A stretch of DNA of 64,000 nucleotides, taken from positions 2,214 to 66,213 of the forward strand of contig JAOADT010000011.1 of the NCBI GenBank assembly GCA_026417175.1. The letters run 5' to 3'. The notes beneath the pieces are model-generated. The model was not told where the DNA came from and did no database searches. It saw nothing but the letters and a program-made list of their open reading frames with translations. Below, in pieces: positions 1-11,410 of the stretch; the stretch's first letter is position 1, and each line of letters begins with the position of its first letter. Made by a program: the position numbers and the translations under genes. This DNA comes from Deltaproteobacteria bacterium. GTDB taxonomy: Bacteria > Desulfobacterota > Syntrophorhabdia > Syntrophorhabdales > JANXAF01.

Positions 1-267
1 CCGTACGTTGATCCAAAGCTTTTAAAAAAAGCGCTTGAAGTGAAAGAGTCGAAGACCACGAAAGTGATAAAAACATGGTCAAGAAGATCGACAATTATTC
101 CAGAATTCGTGGGGCTAACTTTTGCCGTACATAATGGAAAAAAATTCATTCCCGTCTTTGTGACCGAGGAAATGGTGGGTCATAAATTAGGAGAATTTTC
201 TCCCACCCGCACATTTCATGGTCATTCGGGAGATAGAAAAGCGAAAGTTACAAAAAGGAAGGAATAA
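1..267 (+). CDS. rpsS: 30S ribosomal protein S19 (5'-truncated by window edge)
   Basis: Frame is open from position 1 ([10 protein letters not shown]...); contains [21 protein letters not shown] and [13 protein letters not shown] motifs; lies upstream of rplV. Confidence 0.97.
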   Translation, partial: PYVDPKLLKKALEVKESKTTKVIKTWSRRSTIIPEFVGLTFAVHNGKKFIPVFVTEEMVGHKLGEFSPTRTFHGHSGDRKAKVTKRKE

Positions 268-270
268 GAA

Positions 271-603
271 ATGGAGATCGTAGCGAGGGCACGAAGAATC
301 CGTATTTCTCCAACAAAAGTGAGATTGGTAGCGGATCTGATAAAGAAAAAGAACATTAATACCGCATCAGGAATCTTAAGTTGTATGCCTCATAAGGCAT
401 CTAGAATTCTTAAAAAGGTCTTAGATAGCGCCATAGCCAATGCTAGACAGAAAAAATATGTAGACATAGATAGCCTTTACGTAAAAAATGTGATTGTTGA
501 TGGAGGTCCGATGCTAAAGAGGTACATTCCTAGGGCTCTCGGGAGGGCCACCATGATCAGGAAGAGGATGAGTCACATAACAATAATACTTGAGGAATCA
601 TAA
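271..603 (+). CDS. rplV: 50S ribosomal protein L22
   Basis: RISPTKVRLVADLI, SAIANA, PRALGRA..IRKRMSHITI motifs; S10 operon order. Confidence 0.97.
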   Translation: MEIVARARRIRISPTKVRLVADLIKKKNINTASGILSCMPHKASRILKKVLDSAIANARQKKYVDIDSLYVKNVIVDGGPMLKRYIPRALGRATMIRKRMSHITIILEES

Positions 604-617
604 AAACTGGAGGTTAG

Positions 618-1262
618 ATGGGTCAGAAAACGCATCCTTACGGATTTCGACTTGGCATAATAAAGACATGGAATTCCAAATGGTTTGCGTCACAGAACTA
701 CGCAAAATTTCTTCATGAAGATATAAGAATAAGACAGTTCCTGAAAAAAAGGCTTTATCAAGCGGGGATCTCAAAAATTGAGATTGAGAGAGCAGCAAAT
801 AAGGATAGAAAAGCAAAGATAAACATATATACTTCACGGCCAGGTCTTGTCATAGGAAGAAAGGGAGCTGAAATAGAGAACATAAAGAAAGAACTTTTGA
901 AAATAACGGACAAAGAACTCATACTCAATATTATTGAGGTTAAAAGGCCCGAGACTGATGCGCAGCTTGTCGCAGAAAATGTGGCCCTCCAGATAGAAAA
1001 AAGAGTATCCTTCAGGCGGGCAATGAAAAGAAACGTAAGTCAAGCTTTAAAGTTTGGAGTCAAAGGTATAAAAATTATGTGTTCTGGAAGACTCGCCGGG
1101 GCAGAGATTGCAAGATCTGAATGGTACAGAGAAGGAAGAGTACCTTTACAAACTATACGGGCCGACATAGATTACGGTTTTGCGGAAGCTAGAACTAAAT
1201 ATGGTGTTATAGGTGTAAAAGTCTGGATATACAAAGGAGATGTTCTAGAGGAGGTGTTCTAA
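618..1262 (+). CDS. rpsC: 30S ribosomal protein S3
   Basis: [39 protein letters not shown]; GGAGG SD. Confidence 0.98.
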   Translation: MGQKTHPYGFRLGIIKTWNSKWFASQNYAKFLHEDIRIRQFLKKRLYQAGISKIEIERAANKDRKAKINIYTSRPGLVIGRKGAEIENIKKELLKITDKELILNIIEVKRPETDAQLVAENVALQIEKRVSFRRAMKRNVSQALKFGVKGIKIMCSGRLAGAEIARSEWYREGRVPLQTIRADIDYGFAEARTKYGVIGVKVWIYKGDVLEEVF

Positions 1263-1675
1263 TGCTGGCCCCTAAAAGAGTCAAATATAGAAAGCAGCAG
1301 AAAGGTAGAATGAAAGGTGTAGCATATAGAGGAAACACCATAAGCTTTGGTGACTTCGGTCTCCAGGCGTTAGAGTGTGGCTGGCTTACAGCTAGGCAGA
1401 TCGAAGCCGCAAGAGTAGCTCTTACAAGATTCATACGGAGAACTGGAAAGATTTGGATAAGGGTTTTTCCAGACAAACCAATAACGAAAAAACCACTCGA
1501 GACGAGAATGGGAAAGGGAAAGGGTCCGGTAGAAGGATGGGTTGCAGTTGTCAAGCCCGGCAAGATACTTTACGAGATAAAGGGTGTTCCCGAGGACAAA
1601 GCTAGAGAGGCTCTTAGAATTGCTGCGTTTAAGTTACCTATAAAGACTCGATTTGTAGTAAGAAGTGAGGAATGA
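1262..1675 (+). CDS. rplP: 50S ribosomal protein L16
   Basis: [18 protein letters not shown] motifs. Confidence 0.98.
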   Translation: MLAPKRVKYRKQQKGRMKGVAYRGNTISFGDFGLQALECGWLTARQIEAARVALTRFIRRTGKIWIRVFPDKPITKKPLETRMGKGKGPVEGWVAVVKPGKILYEIKGVPEDKAREALRIAAFKLPIKTRFVVRSEE

Positions 1676-1869
1676 TGAGAGCGAGGGAACTGAGAGAATT
1701 AACAACCGAAGAACTTGTAAAAAAGAGGAAGGATCTAAAAGAGGAGCTTTTTAACCTGAGATTTCAGCTGTCCACGGGGCAATTAGAAAATACAGCTAGG
1801 ATAAAACTTGTGAAGAAAGATATTGCAAGAATAGAAACAATTCTTAGGGAAAGGGAGATTAAGAGGTAA
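1672..1869 (+). CDS. rpmC: 50S ribosomal protein L29
   Basis: [28 protein letters not shown]. Confidence 0.96.
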   Translation: MMRARELRELTTEELVKKRKDLKEELFNLRFQLSTGQLENTARIKLVKKDIARIETILREREIKR

Positions 1870-1871
1870 AA

Positions 1872-2186
1872 ATGGAGGTTCAGACGTCAAAAAAGAAAAA
1901 AATGGTAGGTACAGTAATAAGCAACAAAATGCAAAAGACGGTAGTTGTAGAGGTTGAAAAGCTCCTTAAACATCCCAAATACAAGAAATATCTAAAAAGA
2001 AAAAAAAGATATAAAGCGCACGACGAAAAAAATGAGTGTCAGATTGGAGATAAGGTACTGATAGTGGAATCGAGGCCAATTAGCAAGGAAAAAAGATGGA
2101 TTGTAAAACAGATAATTGAGAGGAAGTCAGAAATGCCATTATTAGAAGAGGTGGGAAGCGATGATACAGGAGAGATCGAGACTTGA
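1872..2186 (+). CDS. rpsQ: 30S ribosomal protein S17
   Basis: [30 protein letters not shown]; acidic C-terminal tail overlaps rplN by 26 nt. Confidence 0.96.
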   Translation: MEVQTSKKKKMVGTVISNKMQKTVVVEVEKLLKHPKYKKYLKRKKRYKAHDEKNECQIGDKVLIVESRPISKEKRWIVKQIIERKSEMPLLEEVGSDDTGEIET

Positions 2187-2529
2187 TGTGGCTGATAATT
2201 CTGGAGCAAAAAAACTTGGTTGCATAAGGGTTCTCGGGGGATCCCGGAAAAGATATGCAACAGTCGGTGATATAATAGTTTGTTCTGTCAAAGAGGCATT
2301 ACCAAATGCCAAGGTAAAAAAAGGAGATGTGGTTAAGGCTGTGGTTGTACGAACAAAGAAAGAGATAAGACGACCAGATGGCTCGTATGTTAGATTTGAT
2401 GACAATTCGGCAGTCATTATAAACCAGTACAATGAGCCCATAGGTACCAGAATATTTGGACCTGTTGCGAGAGAGCTCCGTGCGAAAAAATTCATGAAAA
2501 TCGTATCGCTTGCACCGGAGGTTGTGTAG
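2161..2529 (+). CDS. rplN: 50S ribosomal protein L14
   Basis: [27 protein letters not shown]. Confidence 0.98.
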   Translation: MIQERSRLDVADNSGAKKLGCIRVLGGSRKRYATVGDIIVCSVKEALPNAKVKKGDVVKAVVVRTKKEIRRPDGSYVRFDDNSAVIINQYNEPIGTRIFGPVARELRAKKFMKIVSLAPEVV

Positions 2530-2545
2530 AAAAATGGAGAACCCG

Positions 2546-2869
2546 ATGAAGAAACATTACCACGTAAAGAAAAACGATCTTGTAATGGTAATTACTGGTA
2601 AGGATAAAGGTAGAACCGGAAGGGTTCTTAAGGTACTTAGGAAAAAGGACAGGATTATTGTAGAAAAGGTGAATATAATCAAAAAACACGTAAGGCCATC
2701 CGCAAAGTCAAAGGGAGGAATACTTGAAAGGGAAAGCCCGATTCATATTTCTAACGTTATGATATACTGTGAGAAATGTGCGAAACCCGTGAGGGTTGGA
2801 AGAAAGATTTTGGACGACGGGAAAAAGGTCAGATTTTGCAAGAAATGTAACGAGGTTATCGACAAATAG
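2546..2869 (+). CDS. rplX: 50S ribosomal protein L24
   Basis: KOW motif VITGKDKG and ESPIHISNV; start set to ATG 2546 after GGAGA (ATG 2534 is an alternative). Confidence 0.95.
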   Translation: MKKHYHVKKNDLVMVITGKDKGRTGRVLKVLRKKDRIIVEKVNIIKKHVRPSAKSKGGILERESPIHISNVMIYCEKCAKPVRVGRKILDDGKKVRFCKKCNEVIDK

Positions 2870-2879
2870 GAGGTTTTCT

Positions 2880-3422
2880 TTGAAGACAGCGTATATGGAG
2901 TACTACGAAAAAGAAGTAAGGCCTCTTATGATGAAAAAGTTTAAATACAAAAATGTGATGGAAGTCCCAAAACTGGAAAAAATAGTAGTTAATATTGGTA
3001 TGGGCGAGGCAATTCAAAATATTAAGGCTTTAGATTATGCCACTAATGATCTTATGCTTATTACTGGTCAGAAACCTGTTATAACTAAAGCAAAGAGATC
3101 AATTGCTTCCTTCAAGTTGAGGGCGGGAATGCCTATAGGATGTATGGTGACTCTGAGAAGAGAGAGAATGTATGAGTTCTTCCATAAACTTGTGACGATA
3201 GTTCTTCCAAGGGTCAGAGATTTTAAAGGTGTTTCACCTAAATCCTTTGACGGAAGAGGAAATTACACTTTGGGCTTAAAAGAGCAAATAATATTTCCCG
3301 AGGTTGACTACGACAAAACCGACAAAATAAGGGGCATGAATATAACGATCAATACTACTGCAAAAACCGATGAAGAGGCATATGAGTTACTAAAATTGAT
3401 GGGTATGCCTTTTAGGGGCTAA
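2880..3422 (+). CDS. rplE: 50S ribosomal protein L5
   Basis: [28 protein letters not shown]; TTG start at 2880, 6 nt after GGAGG. Confidence 0.96.
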   Translation: MKTAYMEYYEKEVRPLMMKKFKYKNVMEVPKLEKIVVNIGMGEAIQNIKALDYATNDLMLITGQKPVITKAKRSIASFKLRAGMPIGCMVTLRRERMYEFFHKLVTIVLPRVRDFKGVSPKSFDGRGNYTLGLKEQIIFPEVDYDKTDKIRGMNITINTTAKTDEEAYELLKLMGMPFRG

Positions 3423-3436
3423 AGGAGTTTAGACCT

Positions 3437-3622
3437 ATGGCGAGAAAAGCTATGATGGAGAAGGCAAAAAGAGAACCAAAATTTAAGGTAAGGAAGAGAA
3501 ATAGATGTCCATTATGTGGTAGACCGAGAGGCTTTCTAAGAGCATTTCAAATGTGCAGGATATGCTTTAGAACCCTTTCATTGAGAGGGGAAATACCCGG
3601 AGTTATAAAGTCGAGTTGGTGA
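3437..3622 (+). CDS. rpsN: 30S ribosomal protein S14, short zinc-binding (type Z) form
   Basis: 61 aa, RCPLCGR...[15 protein letters not shown]. Confidence 0.96.
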   Translation: MARKAMMEKAKREPKFKVRKRNRCPLCGRPRGFLRAFQMCRICFRTLSLRGEIPGVIKSSW

Positions 3623-3629
3623 GGTGATT

Positions 3630-4031
3630 ATGGGAATGACAGACCCCATAGCAGATATGCTGACAAGGATGAGAAATGGAATTAAGGCAAGACATGAGTC
3701 CGTTGATGTTCCTTATTCTAACTTAAAGATAGGAATCTTAAAGATTTTAAAGGATGAAGGCTACATAAAGAATTATAAAGTATTCGTTGACGAGAAGAAG
3801 AAAAGACTAATAAAGATTTATCTGAATTACGACGAAAATGGAGAGTCAGTAATTTCAGGATTAAAAAGAATCAGTAAACCAGGAAGAAGAGTGTATGTAG
3901 GTGCAACTGATGCTCAAAAAATGAAAAAAAACGTAGGTTTTGTAGTTCTCTCAACATCGAAGGGTATCATAAGTGATGTGGAAGCAAGAAAGAAGAACGT
4001 AGGTGGAGAAGCGCTTTTACACATTTGGTGA
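3630..4031 (+). CDS. rpsH: 30S ribosomal protein S8
   Basis: TDPIADMLTRMRN, RISKPGRRVY, STSKG, VGGE; ATG 3630 after GAGGTG. Confidence 0.97.
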   Translation: MGMTDPIADMLTRMRNGIKARHESVDVPYSNLKIGILKILKDEGYIKNYKVFVDEKKKRLIKIYLNYDENGESVISGLKRISKPGRRVYVGATDAQKMKKNVGFVVLSTSKGIISDVEARKKNVGGEALLHIW

Positions 4032-4039
4032 GGTGGTGT

Positions 4040-4576
4040 ATGTCAAGGATAGGAAGAAAACCAATTGCAATCCCTCAAGAAGCTAAGGTGGAATTGAAAG
4101 ATGGTATGATAGTTGTTTCGGGTCCAAAAGGTACACTTTCTAAAAGTATCTTGCCAGGTCTAGACATACTGATTGAAGGTAATCAAATTGTGGTTAAAAG
4201 AAATGGGGATGATAAAAAAACCAAGGCGTATCATGGGCTTATGAGAACGCTTATAAATAATATGGTCGAAGGTGTGGTTAAGGGATATGAGAAAAGACTG
4301 GAAATAGTCGGGATAGGATACAGGGCTGAGATGAAAGGGAAAGATTTAGTTTTTCATCTAGGCTATTCACGCCCAGTAGTTTTTCAAGTACCTGCCGGTA
4401 TCCAAGCTGAAGTGGAGAGACAGAATTTTGTCACCCTAAGAGGTATAGATAAAGAGCTCGTTGGTATTGTGGCCGCAAAGATAAGGGCTTTAAGAAAACC
4501 GGATGTTTACAAAAACAAGGGCATAAAATACGTTAACGAAACTTTGAGGAAGAAGGCCGGGAAAGGTGGTAAGTAA
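4040..4576 (+). CDS. rplF: 50S ribosomal protein L6
   Basis: [24 protein letters not shown]; ATG 4040 after GAGGTGG. Confidence 0.97.
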   Translation: MSRIGRKPIAIPQEAKVELKDGMIVVSGPKGTLSKSILPGLDILIEGNQIVVKRNGDDKKTKAYHGLMRTLINNMVEGVVKGYEKRLEIVGIGYRAEMKGKDLVFHLGYSRPVVFQVPAGIQAEVERQNFVTLRGIDKELVGIVAAKIRALRKPDVYKNKGIKYVNETLRKKAGKGGK

Positions 4577-4587
4577 GGAGTGAACTA

Positions 4588-4953
4588 ATGGAGAGAAGGG
4601 AAAAAGAGGAAAGAAGGTTAAGAAGACATAAGAGAATAAGAAAAAAGATTTTTGGTACAAGTGATCGACCCAGGCTATGCGTTTATAAAAGCTTGAAGCA
4701 TATATATGCCCAGCTTATAGATGATGAATCTCAAAAGGTTATTACCGGGGTTTCAACTTTAACACCCGGCATAAGAGAAAAGATAAAGAATGGTGGAAAC
4801 AAAGAATCTGCAGGTCTTGTGGGAAAGGCTATCGCTGAGAAGGCTTTAGCTTTAGGTATAAAAAAAGTTGTTTTCGATAGAAATGGCTTTAAATATCACG
4901 GCAGGATAAAAGCCCTCGCCGACAGTGCCAGAGAAGCAGGTCTTATTTTTTAA
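4588..4953 (+). CDS. rplR: 50S ribosomal protein L18
   Basis: [40 protein letters not shown]. Confidence 0.97.
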   Translation: MERREKEERRLRRHKRIRKKIFGTSDRPRLCVYKSLKHIYAQLIDDESQKVITGVSTLTPGIREKIKNGGNKESAGLVGKAIAEKALALGIKKVVFDRNGFKYHGRIKALADSAREAGLIF

Positions 4954-4968
4954 AGAGGAGGTAAGGGG

Positions 4969-5472
4969 TTGGTAGATAATAGGATAGATTTGCGAGAAGA
5001 GTTGGAGTTACAAGATAGACTTATTTACATAAACAGAGTTGCGAAAGTTGTGAAAGGAGGAAGGAGATTTAGCTTTAACGCCATAGTTGTCGTGGGAGAC
5101 GGAAATGGAAAAGTAGGTTTTGGTTTAGGAAAGGCAAACGAGGTACCTGACGCGATAAGGAAGGCGTTAGAACACGCAAAAAAGAACATGATTGTGGTCC
5201 CCATAGAGAATGGTACCATACCCCACGAGATTATGGCCAAATACGGTGCTAGCAAGGTTTTTATGAAGCCTGCCAGAGAAGGTACAGGGGTGATAGCAGG
5301 AAGAGCGGTGCGAGCAGTTGTTGAGGTAGCAGGTATAAGAAATATTCTCACAAAGTGCTACGGCTCCCGGAATTATCACAACGTGGTTAAGGCTACAATA
5401 AAAGGTCTGTCTATGTTAAAGTCGCCGGAGAAATCTCTAAAGCAAAGAGGAAAGATGCCGAGGGAGGAGTAA
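4969..5472 (+). CDS. rpsE: 30S ribosomal protein S5
   Basis: [22 protein letters not shown]; TTG start after GAGGAGG. Confidence 0.97.
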   Translation: MVDNRIDLREELELQDRLIYINRVAKVVKGGRRFSFNAIVVVGDGNGKVGFGLGKANEVPDAIRKALEHAKKNMIVVPIENGTIPHEIMAKYGASKVFMKPAREGTGVIAGRAVRAVVEVAGIRNILTKCYGSRNYHNVVKATIKGLSMLKSPEKSLKQRGKMPREE

Positions 5473-5473
5473 G

Positions 5474-5659
5474 TTGGGATACATAAAGGTTAAATGGGCA
5501 AAAAGTTACATAGGTAGATCGAAAGATCAGAGGGATACAATAAGAAGTTTAGGATTCAGAAGACTAAATGAGGAAAGAGTACTTAAAAACACACCAGAAA
5601 TCAGAGGGATGATAAAAAAGGTGATCCATCTCGTTAAAATCTTGGAGGATGTGAGATAG
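5474..5659 (+). CDS. rpmD: 50S ribosomal protein L30
   Basis: KSYIGR..DQRDTIRSLG..TPEIRGMIKKVIHLV; position between rpsE and rplO; TTG start. Confidence 0.95.
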   Translation: MGYIKVKWAKSYIGRSKDQRDTIRSLGFRRLNEERVLKNTPEIRGMIKKVIHLVKILEDVR

Positions 5660-6106
5660 ATGAAACTAGAGGAACTGAAGCCAAAAGAAGGATCAAAAAA
5701 GAAAAGAAAAAGAATAGGAAGAGGTACAGGTTCAGGTCACGGTACAACGGCTACTAAGGGAAATAAAGGACAAAGAGCAAGAAGCGGTGGCGCAAAGGGG
5801 AAGGGATTTGAAGGTGGTCAGATGCCTATCACAAGAAGGATCCCAAAAAGGGGATTTAAGAACCCTTTCAGAAAAGAGTATTCCATAGTAAAGGTTGGTG
5901 ATCTTCAAATATTTAAAGGGAAAGAAATAGTTGAAGTGGAAGATTTTATAAATTCAGGCCTTGTAAAGAAAATCAGAGACGGTATAAAACTTCTTTCGGA
6001 TGGAGAAATTGATTTCCCTTTAGTGGTAAAAGTACACAGAGCATCAAAAAAAGCAATTGAAAAGATAAAAGATAAAGGGGGCAAGGTAGAGGTTATCGCT
6101 TCATGA
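5660..6106 (+). CDS. rplO: 50S ribosomal protein L15
   Basis: RIGRGTGSGHG, GFEGGQMP, PKRGF. Confidence 0.97.
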   Translation: MKLEELKPKEGSKKKRKRIGRGTGSGHGTTATKGNKGQRARSGGAKGKGFEGGQMPITRRIPKRGFKNPFRKEYSIVKVGDLQIFKGKEIVEVEDFINSGLVKKIRDGIKLLSDGEIDFPLVVKVHRASKKAIEKIKDKGGKVEVIAS

Positions 6107-7410
6107 ATGGCTTTCAAAATATAGGGAAAATACCCGAATTAAAAAAGAGAATACTCATTACGCTTGCCCTTTTATCGGTTTACCGTATAGGGGTACACAT
6201 ACCGACCCCTGGTATAGACGGGAAAGTGCTTGCAGATATATTCGAGAGGGCAAAAGGTACCCTTTTAGGTTTTCTCGACATGTTTGCCGGTGGAGGTTTA
6301 GAGAGACTATCTGTTTTTGCCCTGGGGATAATGCCGTATATAAGTGCATCGATTATCCTTCAACTTCTAACGGTTGTTGTCCCTGCCCTGGAGAGACTTT
6401 CAAAAGAGGGAGAAATAGGTAGAAGAAAGATCACGCAGTATACTAGATACGGTACGGTCATAATAAGCCTGATTCAAGGATTTGGGATAAGCGTCGGTCT
6501 TGAACAGATGAGAGGTATAAACGGTGAACCTGTCGTTTATAATCCGGGATGGAGTTTCAGATTGATGACGATGCTTACACTCACGGGTGGTACATCGTTT
6601 CTAATGTGGCTTGGGGAACAGATTACAGAAAGAGGAATCGGGAATGGTATCTCATTGATAATATTTGCGGGAATAGTAGCGCGAATGCCTAATGCAATAG
6701 CTAAAACCTTGACGCTAGTTTCTTCGGGTGAAATAAATTGGTTTGTGGTTTTACTGCTTGTAGCTATGATGCTTTTAGTAGTGGGTTTCATAATATTCAT
6801 GGAGACTGCTCAGAGAAGGATACCCGTACAGTATGCGAAAAGGATTGTGGGAAGACGAGTCTACGGTGGGCAGTCTACTCATCTTCCGCTAAAGATAAAT
6901 ACATCGGGGGTTATCCCACCCATTTTTGCATCTTCCCTTATAATGTTTCCTGCAACAATAGCAAATTTCATTCCCCATCCCTATATGAAAAGGTTCGCAG
7001 AATATTTAACTCCGGGGACTTTTTTGCACGAGGTGTTATACGTCGGTTTCATAATATTTTTCTGTTTCTTTTATACCGCTATCGTTTTTAATCCTGACAA
7101 TGTAGCTGAAAATATGAAAAAGTACGGAGGATATATTCCTGGAATTAGACCTGGGAAGAGAACTTCAGAATACATAGAAAGGATTCTCACAAGGATCACA
7201 CTCTTGGGAGCACTTTACGTTTCTTTTGTGTGTGTATTACCTACTATACTGGTTAAGGAATTTAACGTACCTTTTTATTTCGGTGGCACCGCTCTGCTTA
7301 TAGTTGTGGGTGTTGCGTTAGATACGATTCAACAGATAGAATCGCATTTAATTCTCAGGCATTACGACGGTCTTGTCAGAAAGACGTCACGAATGCGAGG
7401 AAGGAGATAG
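6103..7410 (+). CDS. secY: Preprotein translocase subunit SecY
   Basis: FALGIMPYISASII, GIGNGISLIIFAGI, IPGIRPG, GGTALLIVVGV. Confidence 0.98.
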   Translation: MNGFQNIGKIPELKKRILITLALLSVYRIGVHIPTPGIDGKVLADIFERAKGTLLGFLDMFAGGGLERLSVFALGIMPYISASIILQLLTVVVPALERLSKEGEIGRRKITQYTRYGTVIISLIQGFGISVGLEQMRGINGEPVVYNPGWSFRLMTMLTLTGGTSFLMWLGEQITERGIGNGISLIIFAGIVARMPNAIAKTLTLVSSGEINWFVVLLLVAMMLLVVGFIIFMETAQRRIPVQYAKRIVGRRVYGGQSTHLPLKINTSGVIPPIFASSLIMFPATIANFIPHPYMKRFAEYLTPGTFLHEVLYVGFIIFFCFFYTAIVFNPDNVAENMKKYGGYIPGIRPGKRTSEYIERILTRITLLGALYVSFVCVLPTILVKEFNVPFYFGGTALLIVVGVALDTIQQIESHLILRHYDGLVRKTSRMRGRR

Positions 7411-7436
7411 GCCTTTTTTATCCTGCGGGCATTGGG

Positions 7437-7445
7437 TGGTATAAT
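7437..7445 (+). promoter_or_regulatory. Extended -10 promoter (TGgTATAAT) 8 nt before the map ATG; no SD
   Basis: TG at 7437-7438, TATAAT at 7440-7445, ATG at 7454. Confidence 0.6.
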
Positions 7446-7453
7446 ATATCTAC

Positions 7454-8203
7454 ATGGTATACCTAAAAACGGAGGAGGAAATAGAAAAGATAAGGACCGC
7501 GAGCAGATACGCCATGGAGATCCTTTTCTACCTTAAGGAGTTCATAAAGGAAGGTATAAGGACAAAAGACTTGGAAAAGCTGTGCGAAGAAAGACTTAAA
7601 AAAAGTAAGAAAATAAAACCTGCTTTTAAAGGGTATAATGGATATCCTTACACCCTGTGCGTTTCTGTTAACGAGGAAGTCGTTCACGGAATGCCGTCAG
7701 ATAGGGTTCTGAAAGAAGGGGATATTGTGAGTCTCGATTTTGGAGTTGTTTACGAAGGTTATTACGGAGACGTGGCTTACACTTTTGCAGTCGGCAAGAT
7801 TTCCAAAGAGGCAGAAAGACTTATAAAGGTAACAGAAGAGGCTTTATACAAAGGAATTGAGATGGCCAGAGAAGGCAATAGACTCTACGATATTTCTTTC
7901 GCAATTCAATCTCACGTAGAAAAAAACGGATTCTCAGTGGTTAGAGAATTTGTAGGTCATGGAATAGGAAGGAGCTTGCACGAAGAACCCCAGATACCAA
8001 ATTTTGGTGAAAAAGGCACAGGCATGCGACTGAAAAAGGGAATGGTTTTTGCCATAGAACCTATGGTAAACATGGGGAGAAGCGAGGTTTCTATTAGAGA
8101 AAACGGCTGGACCGCGTATGCTAAAGATATGAGTCTTTCCGCGCATTTTGAACACACTGTTGCGATAACTGATGATGGTCCAGAAATATTAAGTAGGGTG
8201 TGA
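7454..8203 (+). CDS. map: Methionine aminopeptidase type I
   Basis: [45 protein letters not shown]. Confidence 0.97.
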   Translation: MVYLKTEEEIEKIRTASRYAMEILFYLKEFIKEGIRTKDLEKLCEERLKKSKKIKPAFKGYNGYPYTLCVSVNEEVVHGMPSDRVLKEGDIVSLDFGVVYEGYYGDVAYTFAVGKISKEAERLIKVTEEALYKGIEMAREGNRLYDISFAIQSHVEKNGFSVVREFVGHGIGRSLHEEPQIPNFGEKGTGMRLKKGMVFAIEPMVNMGRSEVSIRENGWTAYAKDMSLSAHFEHTVAITDDGPEILSRV

Positions 8204-8207
8204 GGTT

Positions 8208-8426
8208 ATGCCAAAAGGTGAAGGTATAGAGGTCGAAGGCACGGTAATAGAGCCGCTCCCAAATGCAATGTTTCGAGTGGAGCTTCCTAATGGTCATAAG
8301 GTTTTAGCGCATGTCTCTGGGAAGATGAGGATGCATTATATAAAAATACTCAAAGGGGATAAGGTGATTGTTGAGCTTTCACCCTACGATTTGACTAGAG
8401 GACGGATAATCAGTCGCGTCAAATGA
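8208..8426 (+). CDS. infA: Translation initiation factor IF-1
   Basis: [30 protein letters not shown]. Confidence 0.98.
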   Translation: MPKGEGIEVEGTVIEPLPNAMFRVELPNGHKVLAHVSGKMRMHYIKILKGDKVIVELSPYDLTRGRIISRVK

Positions 8427-8436
8427 GGAGGATAAG

Positions 8437-8550
8437 ATGAAAGTAAGACCTTCTATAAAGAAAAGGTGTGATAAATGCAAAATTATCAAGAGAAAAGGAA
8501 TTTTGAGGGTTATATGTGCAAATCCCAAGCATAAACAAAGACAGGGTTAA
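8437..8550 (+). CDS. rpmJ: 50S ribosomal protein L36 (zinc-binding form; not in the ORF track)
   Basis: Manual translation [37 protein letters not shown], with GAGGAGG SD. Confidence 0.97.
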   Translation: MKVRPSIKKRCDKCKIIKRKGILRVICANPKHKQRQG

Positions 8551-8562
8551 AGGAGGAAGAAG

Positions 8563-8931
8563 TTGGCAAGAATAGCAGGAGTCGATGTACCAAAGGAAAA
8601 AAGAATAGATGTTGCACTTACTTATATTTACGGAATAGGAAAGTCCACTGCAAGTCAGATTTTAGCGCAGGCTAATATCGATCCGGCAAGGAAGACAATG
8701 GACCTTAAGGATGAAGAAATAGCGCGAATAAGGGATATCATTGAAAGAAACTACAAGATAGAAGGTGATCTAAGAAAAGAAATAAGTATGAACATAAAAA
8801 GGCTCATGGATATAGGCTGCTACAGAGGTCTGCGCCATAGAAGAGGACTTCCTGTTCGTGGTCAGCGAACAAGAACAAATGCAAGAACAAGAAAAGGACC
8901 GAGAAAGAGCTCTATGAGACGTAAAAAGTGA
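8563..8931 (+). CDS. rpsM: 30S ribosomal protein S13
   Basis: [30 protein letters not shown]; TTG start after AGGAGG. Confidence 0.98.
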   Translation: MARIAGVDVPKEKRIDVALTYIYGIGKSTASQILAQANIDPARKTMDLKDEEIARIRDIIERNYKIEGDLRKEISMNIKRLMDIGCYRGLRHRRGLPVRGQRTRTNARTRKGPRKSSMRRKK

Positions 8932-8940
8932 GGTGCTTAA

Positions 8941-9330
8941 ATGGGTAAACCTAGAAGAACATCAAAGAAAAAAGTGAAAAAAAATGTACCCTTTGGTTCA
9001 GCTTACATTCATTCTAGTTTTAATAATACTATAGTTACCATAACAGATCCCCAGGGTAATGTAGTTGCCTGGTCCAGCGGGGGGGTAGTAGGATTCAAGG
9101 GATCCAGAAAGAGTACTCCATTTGCTGCCCAACTGGCTGCAGAGGATGCTGCAAAAAAGGCTATGGAGCATGGCATGAAGACCGTAGACGTATTTATAAA
9201 AGGACCAGGAGCAGGCAGAGAAGCAGCCCTCAGGGCACTGCAGAGTGCTGGACTAAAAATACACATGATAAAAGACATTACTCCAATACCGCACAACGGA
9301 TGTAGACCACCTAAGAGAAGAAGAGTGTAA
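8941..9330 (+). CDS. rpsK: 30S ribosomal protein S11
   Basis: [38 protein letters not shown]. Confidence 0.98.
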   Translation: MGKPRRTSKKKVKKNVPFGSAYIHSSFNNTIVTITDPQGNVVAWSSGGVVGFKGSRKSTPFAAQLAAEDAAKKAMEHGMKTVDVFIKGPGAGREAALRALQSAGLKIHMIKDITPIPHNGCRPPKRRRV

Positions 9331-9343
9331 AAAGGAGAAAAAG

Positions 9344-9964
9344 ATGGCTAAATATACGGGACCAACCTGTAGATTATGCAGAAGAGAAGGAATAAAGCTA
9401 TATTTAAAAGGGGAAAGATGTTACACTGAAAAATGTGCTATAGAAAGGAGAAATTACCCGCCTGGGCAACACACGGAAATAAGAGGAAAATTTTTAGAGT
9501 ACGGAATGCGTTTAAGGGAGAAACAAAGGGTTAAACGCATGTATCATTTAACGGAGAGACAGTTCAAGAGATTTTTCGAAATGGCGGAAAGGATGAAAGG
9601 GATAGTTGGTACAAACTTTTTGATACTTCTTGAGAGAAGACTTGATAATACCGTTTACAGGTGCGGATTTGCTTCATCTAGAAAGGAAGCTCGCCAGCTT
9701 GTTTCCCATAAACACGTGCTCGTCAATGGGAAGTGCGTAAATATCCCTTCCTATCTTGTGAAGCCAGGAGATGTGATAGAAATAAGAAAGAAAGATTTGG
9801 TCTCAGTTAAAAATGCGATTGAGTCAGTAGTAAGAAGAGGGGTGCCTTCCTGGTTGGATGTGGATAAAACGAATATGAAAGCGACTGTAAAAATTATGCC
9901 TACACGTGAAGATATTACTATGCCTATAAAAGAGCAACTTATTGTCGAGTTTTACTCTCGATAG
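9344..9964 (+). CDS. rpsD: 30S ribosomal protein S4 (N-terminal Cys-containing form)
   Basis: [32 protein letters not shown]. Confidence 0.98.
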   Translation: MAKYTGPTCRLCRREGIKLYLKGERCYTEKCAIERRNYPPGQHTEIRGKFLEYGMRLREKQRVKRMYHLTERQFKRFFEMAERMKGIVGTNFLILLERRLDNTVYRCGFASSRKEARQLVSHKHVLVNGKCVNIPSYLVKPGDVIEIRKKDLVSVKNAIESVVRRGVPSWLDVDKTNMKATVKIMPTREDITMPIKEQLIVEFYSR

Positions 9965-9991
9965 TTTCCCCTTTGAAGGAGGGATCATTTC

Positions 9992-11011
9992 ATGATCGAA
10001 AGAAACTGGCTAGAACTAATAAGTCCAAAAAAGATTGATATAGAACGAAACGAGCGCGATTACCTAAAATTATCTGTGGAGCCTTTGGAGAGGGGTTTTG
10101 GGATAACCATAGGCAATTCATTAAGAAGGGTACTCCTTTCATCTATAATGGGTTCTGCCATAGTTTCAGTATGGATAGACGGTGTTCCGCACGAATTTTC
10201 GACAATTCGTGGAGTGAAAGAGGACGTAGTAGAGATTATCTTAAACCTTAAAAAAGTTGTTCTTAAGATAAATGACGGAAAGACAAAAGAGCTTAAAATA
10301 GACAAAAAAGGGCCGTGTGATGTTAAGGCCGAGGATATAATGCATGATGGCAATGTCGAAATAATTAACCCAGACCATCATATAGCCACTTTAAATAGTG
10401 ATGGTCGGCTTTACATGGTTATGAAGGCGAAATATGGGAGAGGATACATTCCCGCAGAACAGATGAAATTAGATGATGAACCTTTAGGGACGATCCCAAT
10501 TGATGCTGCGTTTTGTCCGATTATAAAAGTTTCGTATAACGTAAGTCCTGCGAGAGTGGGTGAGAGAACGGACTATGACAAGCTAACTCTGGAAATATGG
10601 ACTAACGGGAGTGTAAAACCACTCGATGCGTTATCATATGCGGCAAAAATTATAAAAGAGCAAATGAACATATTTATTCAATTCGAAGAGAAAGAAGAAT
10701 TCGTGGAAAAAGAAGATAAGCCCAAAGAAAAGTATGAATTTAACGAGAATCTTTTCAAGACAGTGGATGAACTTGAACTCTCTGTCCGAAGTGCAAACTG
10801 CCTGAGAAATGCGAATATTAAATACATAGGAGAGCTGGTACAAAAGACAGAACAACAAATTCTTGAAACAAAGAATTTTGGAAGGAAGTCTCTGAACGAG
10901 ATAAAAGAGATTTTGGCCAGTATGGGATTGAAGTTAGGTATGCATCTTGAGAATTTCCCATCGAGGGAAGAACTAGACAGAATGGCTGAAAAGAGAAAAC
11001 AACAAATATGA
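9992..11011 (+). CDS. rpoA: RNA polymerase alpha subunit
   Basis: [44 protein letters not shown]. Confidence 0.98.
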   Translation: MIERNWLELISPKKIDIERNERDYLKLSVEPLERGFGITIGNSLRRVLLSSIMGSAIVSVWIDGVPHEFSTIRGVKEDVVEIILNLKKVVLKINDGKTKELKIDKKGPCDVKAEDIMHDGNVEIINPDHHIATLNSDGRLYMVMKAKYGRGYIPAEQMKLDDEPLGTIPIDAAFCPIIKVSYNVSPARVGERTDYDKLTLEIWTNGSVKPLDALSYAAKIIKEQMNIFIQFEEKEEFVEKEDKPKEKYEFNENLFKTVDELELSVRSANCLRNANIKYIGELVQKTEQQILETKNFGRKSLNEIKEILASMGLKLGMHLENFPSREELDRMAEKRKQQI

Positions 11012-11023
11012 GGAGAGTAGCAA

Positions 11024-11410
11024 ATGAGACATCTGGATAAAGTGAAAAAATTAAACAGGACTAAAAGTCACAGAGAGGCCCTGCTTAGAAATTTAGCCTC
11101 TGCGCTATTTATTCATGAAAGCATAAAAACCACCAAATCCAAAGCTATGGCTTTAAAGAGCTATGCAGAAAAACTTATTACTCTTGCAAAAAGAAAGGAT
11201 CTTCATTCTATGAGATTGGCATTTAGTTTATTACGAAACAAGGAGGTTGTTAAAAAACTATTTAGAGATATTGGCGAAAGGTATAAAGATGTAAATGGTG
11301 GTTATACGAGAGTTTTGAATTTTGGCTTAAGGAAGGGTGATTGTGCTCCAATGGCGCTAATTGAGTTGACAAAGAAAAAAGAACAAAAGGAAGAGGAAAA
11401 AAAGAAGTAA
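11024..11410 (+). CDS. rplQ: 50S ribosomal protein L17
   Basis: MRH...LNRTKSHR.ALLRNL, GGYTRV, RKGDCAPMALIEL. Confidence 0.97.
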   Translation: MRHLDKVKKLNRTKSHREALLRNLASALFIHESIKTTKSKAMALKSYAEKLITLAKRKDLHSMRLAFSLLRNKEVVKKLFRDIGERYKDVNGGYTRVLNFGLRKGDCAPMALIELTKKKEQKEEEKKK

